From Dimorphilus gyrociliatus (lineage: Eukaryota; Animalia; Annelida), in contig CAJFCJ010000004.1 of the NCBI GenBank assembly GCA_904063045.1, forward strand, positions 2,411,713 through 2,475,712: a DNA stretch of 64,000 bases. The letters are read 5' to 3'. A model generated the notes under the pieces. The model was given only the letters and a program-made list of their open reading frames with translations. It was not told where the DNA came from and did no database searches. The position numbers and the translations under genes are program-made. Of the stretch, positions 13,801 through 27,700 are shown piece after piece; the stretch's first letter is position 1, and every line of letters begins with the position of its first letter.

Positions 13801-15481
13801 AACTTCAGTTTACTTTCTTTTTCCTTTCATGTCCTTCTTATCCTCTAATGTGGACGCAACCTATTCTCCAAATAATGCATCCTGTTTTTTTAAAAGAATT
13901 AAATTTGTATTAAATTAAATGAAATAGACATAAAATACAAATATATATATATTAATATATATATATATATAGTCTATACACTATATATAGTATATACATT
14001 AAAAAAGGCTTTTGTACAATGACGCGAATCTTGACTTTTTAAGTTACTTAATTAGTTATTTAATGTCAAATGAATAAGATTAAAATAATTTTCAATGAGT
14101 TCGTGTCTGTATGTCTGTGTGCATATGCGAATGCGTATGCTTATGTTTTTTTCTTTCTTAACGTTACAAACAATGAGGAGAGAAGAGAAGAGAAGAAAAG
14201 GGAAGGGATGAGAAGAATTATCGTTTCTTCCTAGTTTCATATCTTAGAAACAAACACTTGTGAGAAAAAGAAAAGAAATAAATAATAATTCTTCAATAGT
14301 CTACATTTTTTAAAGATCTTTATATTCTATATAAATAATAATGAACTAATTTTAGGATTTAGGATTAAATAGCATTTGACGTTTATATTCTCAGTTTGTT
14401 TTAAAGGTATATTTACATAAATAGATATTATATTCATTTCTTTCTTTCTTTTTGATCGATTAACAATCTTTCTGAACATAAGGAAAGGGGTGATTTATAA
14501 AAAGTTTGAATGGATATTACTAAAATAATTCAATTGTACAATAGAGTAATAGTGCACCTATTAGTTGTATAAATAAACAAAGTTCCAGGAGATTTTGTTC
14601 TTAACAAAAGAAAAAATTACTTGAGCGAATAAATTGAAATGTATCTTGAATAAATAAAGAACTTTTCGAATTTTAATTCTTTTACCTTCTTTACGTTAAA
14701 TGGAATAAAAGATAAAAAATCTCTTCTACCAGAGATAAGAAATATAAGAAATACATAAAATAATATCGCAAGTACAGTTTGGAAATATTTTTAATATAAA
14801 CATACTTTTGAAGTTTTTTATTTCATGGTCGCTTTCGGTCCTTTTCCTCTCAATAAGGTCTGTTCAAGTAATATATGAAACAGTTAACATAAAAAGTTAT
14901 ACAGTCTATATATAGGTATAAATTAATAATACCCTTTCTGTCGCTGTTTTCAAGAAGTCGCTTAACGAGTTGTCCAAGTCTTTGAAGATCCGTATCTTCT
15001 GCTAAAGAAAAAAATTTAAAGAAATTATTAAATTAGTGTAAATAGCGCTTTAAGAGTGAATAAACTAAGTTTTAATACCTGACGTCTCGTATGTTCTGAC
15101 TAGACAACAAACCAAACACAAAGCGGTTATCAGAATCAATATACTGCGCATATTTCGTTTATGGTCGTCTTTTAGCCAACAGAAATTTCCAAATGCTTAC
15201 AAGTCGTTAAGGATTAACAGTGGCCTTGCATTCAGTGCTGCCCCCCTCCCCCCAAAGCCTTTAGCCATTAGCATACTTAAATAAATTTCTCAAAGGTTTT
15301 ATATATTGAGAAGACACTAATATGAAAGAAGAAAAAAAATCCCAGCTTGAATAATAAACTCTATTTATGAAAATTATTCAATAGAAAATGCTAAAGCATT
15401 TCTTGAATATTCAAGAGAAATCACAATATTTCTGTTAATTTTTATTTATATACTTCGAAAGAAAAACGTTTCCCCTTCTTC

Positions 15482-17259
15482 CTAACAATTTTTCACCTTT
15501 AAAGGACACTTTGAACGTCTTTGGCAGAAAGAGTTTACAAGGTATTTTAATAAAAGGTAAATTAATAGCAATAGAATAAGTAGTAGTAAGAAAATAAAGA
15601 GAAAAACATCAATAAGAAGATACTTGTAAAGTGGCATGATCTGACCATAACTTTTTACATTATAATCACCAAATATTAATAAATTTTCTAATCTATTTGC
15701 AAGACTTTGCATATCAATTGTAGATTGTTTTTGAGCAAATCTCTTCATTTTTTCAACAGTTGTCTTCATTGAATTATTATGAATTATTTCAAATATTCTC
15801 TCTTGAAGGCTATCTTTACTTAATTCATGTAAATAAATAAAATTTCCAAAACCGTAATATTTTACTCTAATAGCGTTATGCTCTTGATCTCCAAATATCG
15901 GAATGCATAGGATTGGTTTACCGTAATAAAGAGCTTCGGCTTGGCTATTGTGTCCGGCGTGACTGATGAACATTACAATCTTGTCATTCGCTAAAAGATC
16001 TTTTTGAGGAAGCCAGTCAAATAATTTCACATTGGGCGGAATTACAATTGGAAAGTCCAGTTTTACGGACCAAATAAATAAGAGATTCTTCATTTCGCCA
16101 AAACTCTTGAGAAATAACTGAGCTAAAGACGATGGAAAAAGACCACCAAAACTGCCAAAAGAGACCAATACTATCTTCTTTTCTTTATTCTGAGCTAAAA
16201 TCTTTTCAAGATTATCCGTTAAATTTCCACTAGGTCTTAAAGTTAGCCCATATACTTGAAAAACATTCGGCCATACAGGTGTAGGATATTGCAATGGAGA
16301 ACCCCTTATTACAATGAACAGTTTCGATTTGGCGACTAATTCCTCCCAGCTGCGAACATCGTTTCCGTGTGAGTAACGTCTTAGTAACGTCTTATCTTCG
16401 GTTGGCAGTAAAAATTGTACAAGAAAATTGGTTCTTAGACAAATATCTAAAAATAGATTGCGAATTCTTTGAGAAAAAGTCATAGCTTCCGTAAATGGAC
16501 TAAATAGATTTGGACTAAACGACGGTAGCGCCAAAATCCTTAATGCAGGATCCGAGACAAAATTAGTCACAGTAATAAAAGGTATATCAAAATGATAAGG
16601 AATAATATGATGATATCTTGATAATATTACACCATCCATTATGGCGAGATCAAATTTGAAACGTTTAATTTTCTCCATGAGATTCCTATCATTTAACATG
16701 GCAACAGTTTCATTAAAGACATATCTTGAAAGAACTTCTTCTTGACTAACAAGTTTTCCATTTACAGCACCATTAAGACAACTTTTAAAGAAAGTTCTCG
16801 TTGAATTTTCAAAGTTCTTTTCTATATCATTATCTAAGGGTTCGTAGGTCCAAACCTATAAGTAATTAACAGTTATAATTTGTATTGTTTTGGCTTGTGT
16901 TAGGCCTATGCAAATGTAGTATATACGTATACTTCCCGTACCTTTATTCTATCCATGTAGCCTTTAATTTTATTTGGGGCAAAATTCGATTTTAAAACTC
17001 CCACAACCTGTTTAATTTTTCATTCATTAATTAATTGGGTCTTTTTTTATATATATACTAATATAACTATTAAAATCACCTCGTGTCCGTTCTTGGCCAT
17101 TTCATCTCCAATACTCCACACCATCATGATATGAGAGGCTGGAATATGGTTGGAAAGGAGCAAGATTTTTGCAGAATTTACTATTGTAGTGCATGATAAT
17201 GTGATAAAGACAAAAAGAAAAGTATATTTAATATGATCGTTGTTTCGTTTTATACGCAT
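15482..17259 (-). CDS. UGT: UDP-glucuronosyltransferase (GT1), 3 exons: 17259-17080, 17007-16942, 16855-15482 (about 539 aa)
   Basis: Signal peptide followed by SAKILL..SH..GHEV. UDPGT signature WLPQKDLL..FISHAGHNSQAEALYYGKPILCIPIFGDQ. C-terminal TM helix and KxKxx ER-retrieval end. Both phase-0 GT-AG introns splice in frame. The ORF-track start at 17316 is GTG; the first in-frame ATG is 17259. Confidence 0.95.
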
Positions 17260-17408
17260 GAATGTAAGAAAGTTATAATATCGCTCAATTCCAATATTTT
17301 TCAACGTACTCGCCACATTTGCAGAGTCACATGATCAAAATTTTGTTCGTGAGCCATCTATTGGCCACGTTATCGAAGCCCTACAATCTTTTCCTTCTCC
17401 GTGTATAT

Positions 17409-17423
17409 GAGCGCCATCTGTAG
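17409..17423 (-). promoter_or_regulatory. CTCF-like motif upstream of UGT (second copy at 17351-17366)
   Basis: Reverse complement CTACAGATGGCGCTC resembles the CTCF core CCASYAGRKGGCRS. Confidence 0.4.
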
Positions 17424-18229
17424 CATATATTTACAAAATATCGTTTTTGCAAACATTACCGAAAAGAAAACGTAGAAAAAGGATTATATACTGTATTTCC
17501 GTGTAGATGGAAAAAATCCCTAAGTCATACTGAATATTATTTTAAATAAAAAATGGATAAGTCAAAGTGAATGAAGTTTTTAATGCACAAAAAGTTGGCT
17601 GTCTTCCTCACCAAGAGGCTTAAAACAAGCCCTCTCTCTATATCTATAAATATAGATAAAGGTTGACACTTTAGGGTGCTAAACGTTACAATTTGTAATA
17701 TTTTCTTAATGAAAAAAATGTCATGGTTACATAATTTATTGAATACAATGAAAAACCGCTTATCTTAAACAAGACGTATTAGCATTCTTAGAATTGCTTG
17801 TTACGCAATCAACACGTAATAAGTAATTAACTTATCATTTAACAAAAGGGTACATGCTGTTAAACTACAGAGTCTGATGAAAACTTGAACGCTAAACGAA
17901 CATAGATTTCTAAAGAGGAGAGGAGAGGAGAGGAGGGGAGGGAGGGCAGGAGGAGAAGAAAAAGGCGAGAGAGAGAGAGAGAGGGAGAGGGGGGGAGGGG
18001 GTGAGGGTTGAGTGGAATAGAATTGAAGTCATTTTACAAAAAAGAACAAGCATACATAATACGTAATGTGTTTCTTTTAGATTTTAAGAGTAATTACTTT
18101 TACATATATTGTATAGTTTAACTGTTGTCCAACTATACACGATTACTTCTTATCTTTGCTATTGTTAACAATAATTTATGAATTCTTTTTAAATGTAGAA
18201 CTGTATGTCAATCCTTGTCTGTTTTCACT

Positions 18230-18232
<3 letters not shown>

Positions 18233-18270
<38 letters not shown>
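18233..18270. repeat. (AT)n microsatellite
   Basis: About 19 perfect TA units. Confidence 0.95.
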
Positions 18271-18275
<5 letters not shown>

Positions 18276-19021
18276 AGATAGGTATTCTGTTTGGTATCAG
18301 TCACGGTATATGTCTAATTATGTCATTTCATCGTGGACAATTTTAGTTCAATTATATATTGATATTGATTTTATTGACATTCTCTTAGATTCATTGCGTC
18401 AAATGTTTCACTTTTCTAGAATTGAGAGCCATCATATATATATATACTGCATATATATGGTATATGTATATATAGAATAATTTTTGACAGACACCAGATG
18501 TCCTCTACGTGACAGAGGCCCAGGAAGTAAGTTTTCTCCATATAAAAAAATAAGGCTAATATTTACTCTTGTCGCCTTGGCGAATGGTTTTTAACATATA
18601 ATAATTCCTGCTTATGCTGTCTGGTTTTAAGTGTTCCCTATTTAATCTTAATGGCTTTTAGTTTACACTGTTTTCTTACGAAGATTGAATTTGTATGATA
18701 TACTTGTTATTCAGTTGAATGAAAGAAACATAATATTTACTTGTATTATCATCAAGTTACAGGTAACATTTAAAGTACATAGTACCAATTATCTTCAATA
18801 GTCCTTCAATCTAGTACTACAAAGATTCGTCACGGTAAGCGACATGTAAGATTGATACTAATGTAAAAACAAGATATCACATTAACCCTAACCCTAATGA
18901 CATACACTACAATATTATGCTCACCAAAAATAGGGAAATATTCGTAAATTTTTAATTAAATTACAGAAAATATCAGGAAAGAAACTATAACGTATAAAAA
19001 TAATATATGTAACTTTTAAAG

Positions 19022-19696
19022 TTACTCCACACTCTTTATGCTAACTCTCTCATCTTCTTCGTTCAAGTAGTTTTCTTTGATGCACTCGGACAATTTTGGT
19101 AAAATGAGCTTCTTTTCGTTTGGTTTAAGGTATTTAAAGCCCTGAATAAAACCTCTACATTTATCACTTTCACAATTGCATTTAAAGTGCTCTTCCATTT
19201 CGTATTCCGTTGTACAATAGTCAAAAGTAATATTTTGCCCTGGTTTTATTGCTTTAACAGCAGTAAGTTGTCCAGTTTTAACGTCCAGCTTACAATTGGG
19301 ATTGCAGGAGTGATTTGTATATTTAATTGGTTCTACTACATCCATGTGTAAATTTTTGCTTATCTAGAAAAAAATAGAGAGCGTAACGTTATTCTTTTCC
19401 AAATGAAATCTGTTACTAAGTAATCATTTTAAGTTACCTGAACGGTAAAGCGTGATTTTTGTTTCACCACATTTCCTCTCATTACGTCTACTAATTCTCC
19501 AACAGAAATAGCTTCGAAAGCTTGAAATGATAGAAAATTTTTACCAATGTTCTTAATTCCAGCCTTTTCCAATTGAAAAGCAGTTTTAACACCTTTAAGA
19601 AAGTGAAATTGAAACAAGATCGAATGGTTTTATTAATATATATATACAGTATATTCATATACATAATCGTCTCTTTTAATAATCTTACTTACCCAT
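19022..19696 (-). CDS. Small SET + post-SET protein (putative lysine methyltransferase), 3 exons: 19696-19693, 19592-19438, 19363-19022 (166 aa)
   Basis: YTNHSCNPN, FDY and post-SET CNCESDKC motifs. ATGG|GTAAGT first exon. Introns of 100 and 74 nt with GT-AG splice in frame (501 nt total). Confidence 0.88.
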
Positions 19697-21780
19697 TATT
19701 AATACAGTGGTTGAGAGAATTCTAGCAAAATGAAAGTCTTTGGATAGATTGAAGCCAACTGAATATCAAAAGAAAGATCTTGTCCTTTATATAAGGACAA
19801 GGTGTCTATTATCGAACAGTACAAAGTTTAAAAGTTTAGCTACATGTCACCCTACTCTGTGACCCAGATGCTATCAAAATTTTCCACTACGTAAAGTAAC
19901 ACTGAGGCCAGTGTGACTTTTAAGTATGATTATAGGATTAGTGAAAACAATTATAAAAGACCAAGGTTAAGAATATTTAACCCCTTTACTCTTCTCAACT
20001 ACCGGAAAAACCTGTATAATACTATTTATATCACTATAGGAATAGTATAGTGTATTTTTTTGATATTGTCAAGAAACGCTAGTTTTTTTTTGAAGTTAGT
20101 ATTGTTAATAAAGAATGTAACTATATTAACCACATCATTTTCATAAGGATAGTGAAAAATATGAATTATTCAACAAAAATAATTCTATTCATGCATATAG
20201 GTCAAATCTTTCTAATCGCCGTCGTTATCAAGAAAGTAGAAGTCAAAGTACATTGTTAATGTGAAGTTTAAGATTACTATTACATCTATCCATTGTTTCT
20301 TTTTATAGTAGTTAAAAGTTTACCTGCGGTATTAGTTTAGTATTGAAAATACTGAAATTAGTTGCATTATTATTATAGTTTTCATTGAAGGGTTATACTG
20401 ATGATAAAACAGATTATTAAATTAAAAACGTTTAAAGGAATAGACATAGAGGACACGAGAACTAGTTGTTTTTTTTTTTAAATGACATTCTTAATACTTA
20501 GACTTTCTTTTTCTTTGTATATATGTTATCGAAGGTGATTACAAAGTTAATAATGTATCGTTCGATAAAAACCATAAAACCTTTGCTTTCAAGTACGAAA
20601 TATAATACAATATATCCTAATGGTCTGATCAAAAAACAAGAACATAAGAAACGATTCTATCATTCAAGTTAAACATGTCAATATAGGTTGTATCAACTGC
20701 AAAGACGTCTATATTTATAACGTATCAATTGTCACATTCAATCTGTTTAGGGACAGCCATTAATATATATATATATAAATTTTATATGTATATTAATCAT
20801 ACACATACGTACTATATACCTCTCATTCATCTTTGTATAGTTAGAAAACTCTATACTATTAAGAATTTCAAAAGGAAAGGAAACTCTAACACTAGATAAA
20901 ATATTATCAGGTATCTTCTAGTTTAGATAAAGCTCAGCTTTTTTTTATATATCAAACAGTTAACGAGAAAGAGCTATAACTAGTTTTTTATAACGCTTTG
21001 TTTATTACTTCTTATGTCTTTGTTTAAGATCGATTACTATTAATAGTACTATTACTACTACTGAAAAGTGTTCAAGCACTTGGAGTTATTACAATTTTCC
21101 GTTCACATTATTTAGAGAATATAGAATATCGCCAACTTCAATACGATTCTCTTATGTATAATTACGTAAGAACCGTTACATAATTAACTAATTTTTGAAC
21201 AATGTAAAAGAAAATTAAACGTTAAAACTTTTTAACAAACAGCAGATATTTGAATTTGCCTGAATAGGTTGGATCGTTTCTTAATTTAATCATTTGTTGA
21301 CTAAACGAAAATAAGTTACGTAGTCAATTCAATTAAAGTTGATTGAATAAATCTTTAAAATGAAAGGGAAAGAAGAGAAAATAGGCATTTAGTTCCTTCT
21401 TTCTCTTTTTATAATATACGTTGAAAAGCTTTTTCTTTCTAACATTGTTTTATAGAGTAAAAATATTTGTAATCCGTATTTAAAACATTTGTAAGGAAGT
21501 ATTATTTATCTGTTAGAGATTATTTCAATACTTATTTTTAATAAAATATCTAAAAGATTAGTGGCTAGCAACACTTTAGAAAATAATCTGTCTCATAAAT
21601 ATTCATATTTATAAGTTTTATTTTTCTCTTAAATAGAAGAAAACTTTTACTACGGTCTCTTAAAAGGCTATAGCTGCTACTGTGCTGCTATGTTCTTTTG
21701 AGGGATATATCTCATTTTTATCAACTTTGTTTCGAAAACTCTTACTAAAATCATTGTCAGTATCTGCTGGTTAAAGTATA

Positions 21781-24700
21781 ATGGGTTCGGGTGTATCGAC
21801 ACTAGATTATCATCTTAAATCTACTGCAATAAATGCTGGAAAAGGTAAACTTTTAATTGATTCTTTTTCGTTTTTCTATAATTAATTAACTTCTCTTTCC
21901 CATCCTTTCTCACTAGGTTTGTTCCAAGCTGTAAGAATTGGAAACAATCCCGTAGTATGCCAAAGACTATTAAAGCTAGAACCAAATCTGGCTTTAGAGC
22001 TTTACGATGGACTGATGAAGAAAACTGTTCTCAGAGTATGCAAATTTTTTTCCAAACGAATTTAAAGTTGACATTTGGTAAAGATGCATTAAAACAATAA
22101 CAGATTGCCCATCACCAACTTTCTGTAATAGATGAAAGTAGTCCGGAATATCAACTTCGATTACAAATCTATAATATAATTAAAAATGGTGTAGACGAAG
22201 CTATGAGAACAGCTATTTTAAAGGACAATCTGAAGTATATAGTAGATTTATTCAAAGGCGGTAAAATACAAACTTAATCAATGTTTTATGAATGCAAAAT
22301 TTATTTTCTTCTTTCTAAAAAGGTGCTGACGTTGTACAACTTGATAATCCTTCGTGTACGAACAAACTTGGTTGTTTAGGTCTGGCTTGTGATAAAAAAA
22401 CTATTAACAATGAAATAGTTAAATTCCTTACTGACAGCGATGAAAGAAACATTCCGGTAAAGTGTAAAATACCACTTGATGCTACTGAATACTTATAATA
22501 ATGATAAAAAAATCCAGGTACTTTGTGAGGAAATGAAACCTTTTTCTCGTAAAAGTCTATTTAACAAGATACAGGAAAAGGGAAGTTCAGATTTGCAAAA
22601 CGATTCAAGAAAGAAAATTGAAAATCATCTTTTCAAATTGATAGCAACATCAGATGTAGATGCGGCAAAAATGGTCGAGAAACTCGGGTTAATAGCTTTC
22701 ATATCTTTTTTCTTATCTATAGTATGTAAGTGTTGTAATTTTTATAGATATCAATTTTTTCCACTGAACTTTTCAAATGATAAGAGCGAAACTCCAATAG
22801 AAGTGGCGATAAAGAACAGAGCATTCAAAACAATAAGCAGTATTTTACGTTATGATGTAAAATATTCTTCAATTTTCTCGTTTTCTTTTATAATTGATTA
22901 TTTTTATTTGTTCTTTTTACTTAGAGAAATAACATACCAATAAATATCCAAGAGGCTAAGTATGAATTACTATTTATATTATTAACTTCCTTGTCCCCCA
23001 GCCCCACGAAAACTTCCCTCTATTAAGACTTTTACTTTTAACAGCCATCAAATTACAGTTGCCCTAAATATTGGTCGAAATACTGAGGAGTTATTCAAAC
23101 ATTTAAACGAGATTAACTCAATTGAAAATTTTTCTAAACATTTAAGAAATATCGATAAACGTGCAGTTGATGAGAGAGGTAAAATATAATGACAATGGGT
23201 TTAAATACTAATAATTGTAATATAGGTAATAATATTTTGAACCTTGCACTCATTAATGAATGCTCCGAAGATATTTTGAGAGTAATCCTAAAAAACAGTC
23301 AAGTATTGCATAATGTTGTTAATGACGATGGACTCGACTGTATTCAAATTACCATTAAACATCTTGAGAATAGATATTTGAAAATTTTATTCGAAGAAGG
23401 AATAAGTTTATTAAACCCAAGGCAAATAAATTACTTAGAATTTGCTAAAGGTGAGTAGTTCTTCCCTCCTCCCTCCCTCCCTCTCTCTCTCTCTCTCTCT
23501 CTCTATCATAGATAATACTTGTGTACTATGTAGAGGTGAATAAATTTGAAGAATTTGAAATGATTTTAACTACTGAAATGTGGAAAATTTTAAGAACGGC
23601 AGTGTCAGTGTCAGATATGAAAACTTTTCATGAAGTTACCGCTTGTGGTGGTAATCCTAAGATTATCAATCGCGACTTTAACTTGGAAGATTCATCGTCC
23701 CTTATGCATTGCGCTATCGAAAAAGGTAATCAAGTGAAATTAATAAGCAATCAATCGCTATTTATGTATCGATTTATTTTAGATCAGCGAAAAATGATAA
23801 AAGAACTATTTTTAATTGGAGTAGATATTGGTAATACGCATCATCCAGATGAACTGACTCCTTTACATTTAGCAATTCTCAAAGATAAAGATGCAATTGT
23901 CGATGAACTCTTCGCCTTTAATTTGCCCCAAAACTTGAATTTATCTTCACAGAGTTTGACTGAAAGTAGAACAGCTTTAATGGAAGCTGCTATTAGAAAT
24001 AAATTAGAAGTGGTAAAACTTCTAGTATTGAATGGAGCTGATACGCAACAGAAGGATAAGTCGGGAAGGACAGCTGCCGCTTTAGCGTCGAACAAAAATA
24101 TTGCGTATTACCTACAGAGTATAGAAGATATTGTAGATGAACTTCAAATATTAGACAATATTCCAGTTGGAGATAATTTGCAAAATCATCCAAGAATATT
24201 GCAGGAATGCGAAGGTTATTCTCTCGAACCTCAACCTTTAAGTAATATGGATAAGAGAAAAAGATACCTTAAAATTGTCAGGATTGATAATCATTTATCG
24301 TTCATGAGTATCGATAATCTAAATACAAAATTAGGTAGTGCTATCAAAGCTTCGGAATTGCAAGACGTCAAAAGTTTCTGCAATGACGGAGCTGATGTTG
24401 CCTGTTCAAGTGGTTCTTTAACGCCTTTAAGATTAGCTAATCAAACGCTAAACAAACTATATAATTTTTATAGGAACGCTAATTTTCATGAAGGTAACAG
24501 CCATGGATATGAAAAAATGCAGAAAGCTATTAGCGTATCTATTTGGATACAAAATAGATTAAACTTCGAGTTGTGTAGAGCAATTAGAGATAATGATTAT
24601 CCTAGACTGATTGGCTTAACTGAGGCAGGAGCTAGTTATACTCTTCCTGATATTGATCAAAAAACAAAAGTTAAAGAACGATTCACCTCACCATTTGGTT

Positions 24701-27700
24701 TAATTGGAATATCTTTGGAAAATCACGACAATGTGGACATTGTTAAAGCAGTATTAAAGTTTACTCCAGAGGAAAACAATCAAGTTTTGGTCAGCCATAA
24801 TTCTTTAACTTCAATAAACATTGCCCAAAAGTACAAAAGACATAATAGTGCTCAAATTATTATTCAATATTTTACCTTGAGTTTTAAATTACTACTTGAA
24901 AACGTAACAAACAATGACTCTTTAAGTCAGTTGGAAAAAGAACAATTGGTAAAAAAAATGGAAATTTTGATGAAGGATGGAGCCTTACCTTCAATAAATA
25001 CAAAGGAAATTCTAAAGCAAGCTCTTCAGTTCTCCAATTACAACTTATTTAGATTAACTTTGGAAAAAGGAGCCGACCCAAATTTAATAACTGAAGAAGA
25101 CATCGATAGATCACCTAATAATAGCGATATAAAAAACATCTTTTTATTTTATAAAAAACAACACGAAACCCATAATAACTTGGTTAACGCTCTCTTTAAA
25201 GGAGATTTAAAGTTTGTTACCGAATTTCATAGACGGGGTTGTAATACTGCTGGTTATAATTTTAACGGTGATACTTTTGTACTTTGGGCAACAAAGCTAG
25301 GTTCGAAAGCTTTAGTTGAGTATTTCTTAGGAGTAGGAGGTCCGCTTGATCATCGAAGTTTAAGTGAAACGAAATCTTTGGTTGAAATATCAAAGAACTC
25401 AAACAACGTCGATCTATATAGTTTAATTGAAAATGAGGTGAAAAAACGTTTAAAAATGTCAATTATCAGCGGTGATTGTAGTGAAATTGACATATTATGC
25501 TCTTCGAATTCATATCTGTTAGCCGATATCGAAGAGGACTTGCTTGCTAATGATAACGAAACAATTGGAACTTTGGCTGCTAAGAATTTTTCTATAGAAG
25601 TATTTAGAACACTACACACTTACAACGTTAACTTTCATAAGTTAAATAACTTGGGAGAATTTCCCTTAGCTATAGCGGCGTCTAAAGGAGATTTTAGCAT
25701 TGTTGAATTTCTTGTCGAAACAGCTGGAGTAAATGTACAAGAACAATATGGCAATTCAACAGCAGCTGATTTGGCGCAAGCCAAAAAATTCCTTGTAATT
25801 GCTCACTATCTAAATACGGGAGAATTACCAGAGGATGATTTAGACAGCAAAGAACCATTATACACTTTAAATGAACTATTAAACGCTGTTAAAAAGGCAA
25901 ATCATACAATTATTGATGAATTTATAGACGATGATTATAACGATCCAAAATTAAAAGTTCAACATTGTAAGCAGATGATTTTATGCGCAAAAAGGTTATT
26001 TTTTATTATTAGTTTTATTTTTATTGTGGTTATTAAAACTATTGTTATGTACAAACAAATCAAATATTCAAAAGGTGTTTTACCTACAACACAGAGAACG
26101 GAAGCTGGATATTGCTATAAAACTAGAAAGATTAGCTAAAGATATGGTTGATCCATATACTACCGGTATGTAAAGATTCATACATCATTCAATTTTAGTA
26201 TTTTATAACATTCCTATCATTTTAATTTAGGTCGAGTTCTTACGCTTTCCAATAAACTAAGAGAAGTTCTAACAACTATGACAAAGACAATCTATCAGTT
26301 AATTATAGAAACTGACGAAGTAGGTTCGGATACAGATAACTTGACGGCTATTAGACGACTAACTAAAGAGAGAATCTGTAAAACATTCCTGTCGAAAACG
26401 GATATTAACGGAGAGAAACAGGAATTACGGGAAATGGCCAAAAAAACCGAAACCGAAATCGACAACATTGATATACAAACAGACGAAATTAAAGAATCAT
26501 TAAAGAAAAAGAAAGATGAATTGGAGAAAGCTACTGATCCGGAAGAAAGACTATCCTTAAGAAAGGATATAGAGGAAACGGAGAGAAGGGTAAAAATTTA
26601 AGATATTTAAAGATTTACGGTATTCAATTCAAGCTGTAGGATAGTAAAAAACAACTTATTGTCTGTTTTGGATAAAAAGAGGAATAATAGCAACAGTAGG
26701 CTGAATAGAAGGTAAAAGTATATATCTTCCAATTTGGCTTTACATTTGAGAACTTCCTAAGCAACTACAATTTACTTCCAGTTTAATTAATTATTGAAAT
26801 GTATGTTTACTTGTAATATTTAGAAGATATACTTTATAATAGGCTCTTCAAGTAAAAATATAAGACATTCTTAATTTTGCTTAGGAAACTATATACTAAA
26901 GGATTCTAAGTATCCAATTATCTTTAGATTTTATCCCTCTGTTTATGAATTATTAAATTCTTTGTTTACAGATGCCTCTGTTGAACTATTATAGAATTTT
27001 ACTGAACGAAAAAACAAATATTATTAAAAAACATGAAGAAATATTGGAACTTAATCAAAGCAGCAGGGCGGAAGTGTATACATTCTTTAATAGAATAAAA
27101 AATCAACTTAAAATGTTATATGCTCAACACTACGTTCAAGATGATGAGAAGGAAAAAACTGACGATCAGTCTGAAAACGATAGCATTCGTAAAGTCATTG
27201 TCTTATTCAGCGATTCTGTAATGGAGTTGGCTATTGACGAAATTGACAAAAGTTCGTCTGATGGAGTAAGCCTTTATCATATTTAATTCTTCTTTTCCTA
27301 ATATCTTATTAACAATTAGAGAAAGATTGTCTCGATTCTTGCGAGAACTCTTCAGGCAACAAATAGCGATATAACAATAGACAACGAAGTACAATCAGAG
27401 GAACGTTTACTCTTAACAAGTGGTCTTCTCGATATTGAAATATCATTATCGAGTTACAGAATAGCGCTATTTTATCATCATCAAGTTGGTGTATTTATAG
27501 GTAAGAAGGGAATATTTACATATTTTTAGCTAATTATCAAATGAAAATATGCGGATTGTTTATTTTAATATAGACGACGAAGCCTTCAAAATGATTTACA
27601 ACTTTTCCGATTTCATAACATATGCAATATATACGAACAGATCGAAATTTAATGATATACAACCAATACAATTGAGTAAGTGAAATATATCTATAATTAA

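Noticed and set aside
18883-18897. Telomere-like (CCCTAA)2.5; also TAGGGTTAGGG at 31216
   Set aside because: Too short to distinguish from chance.
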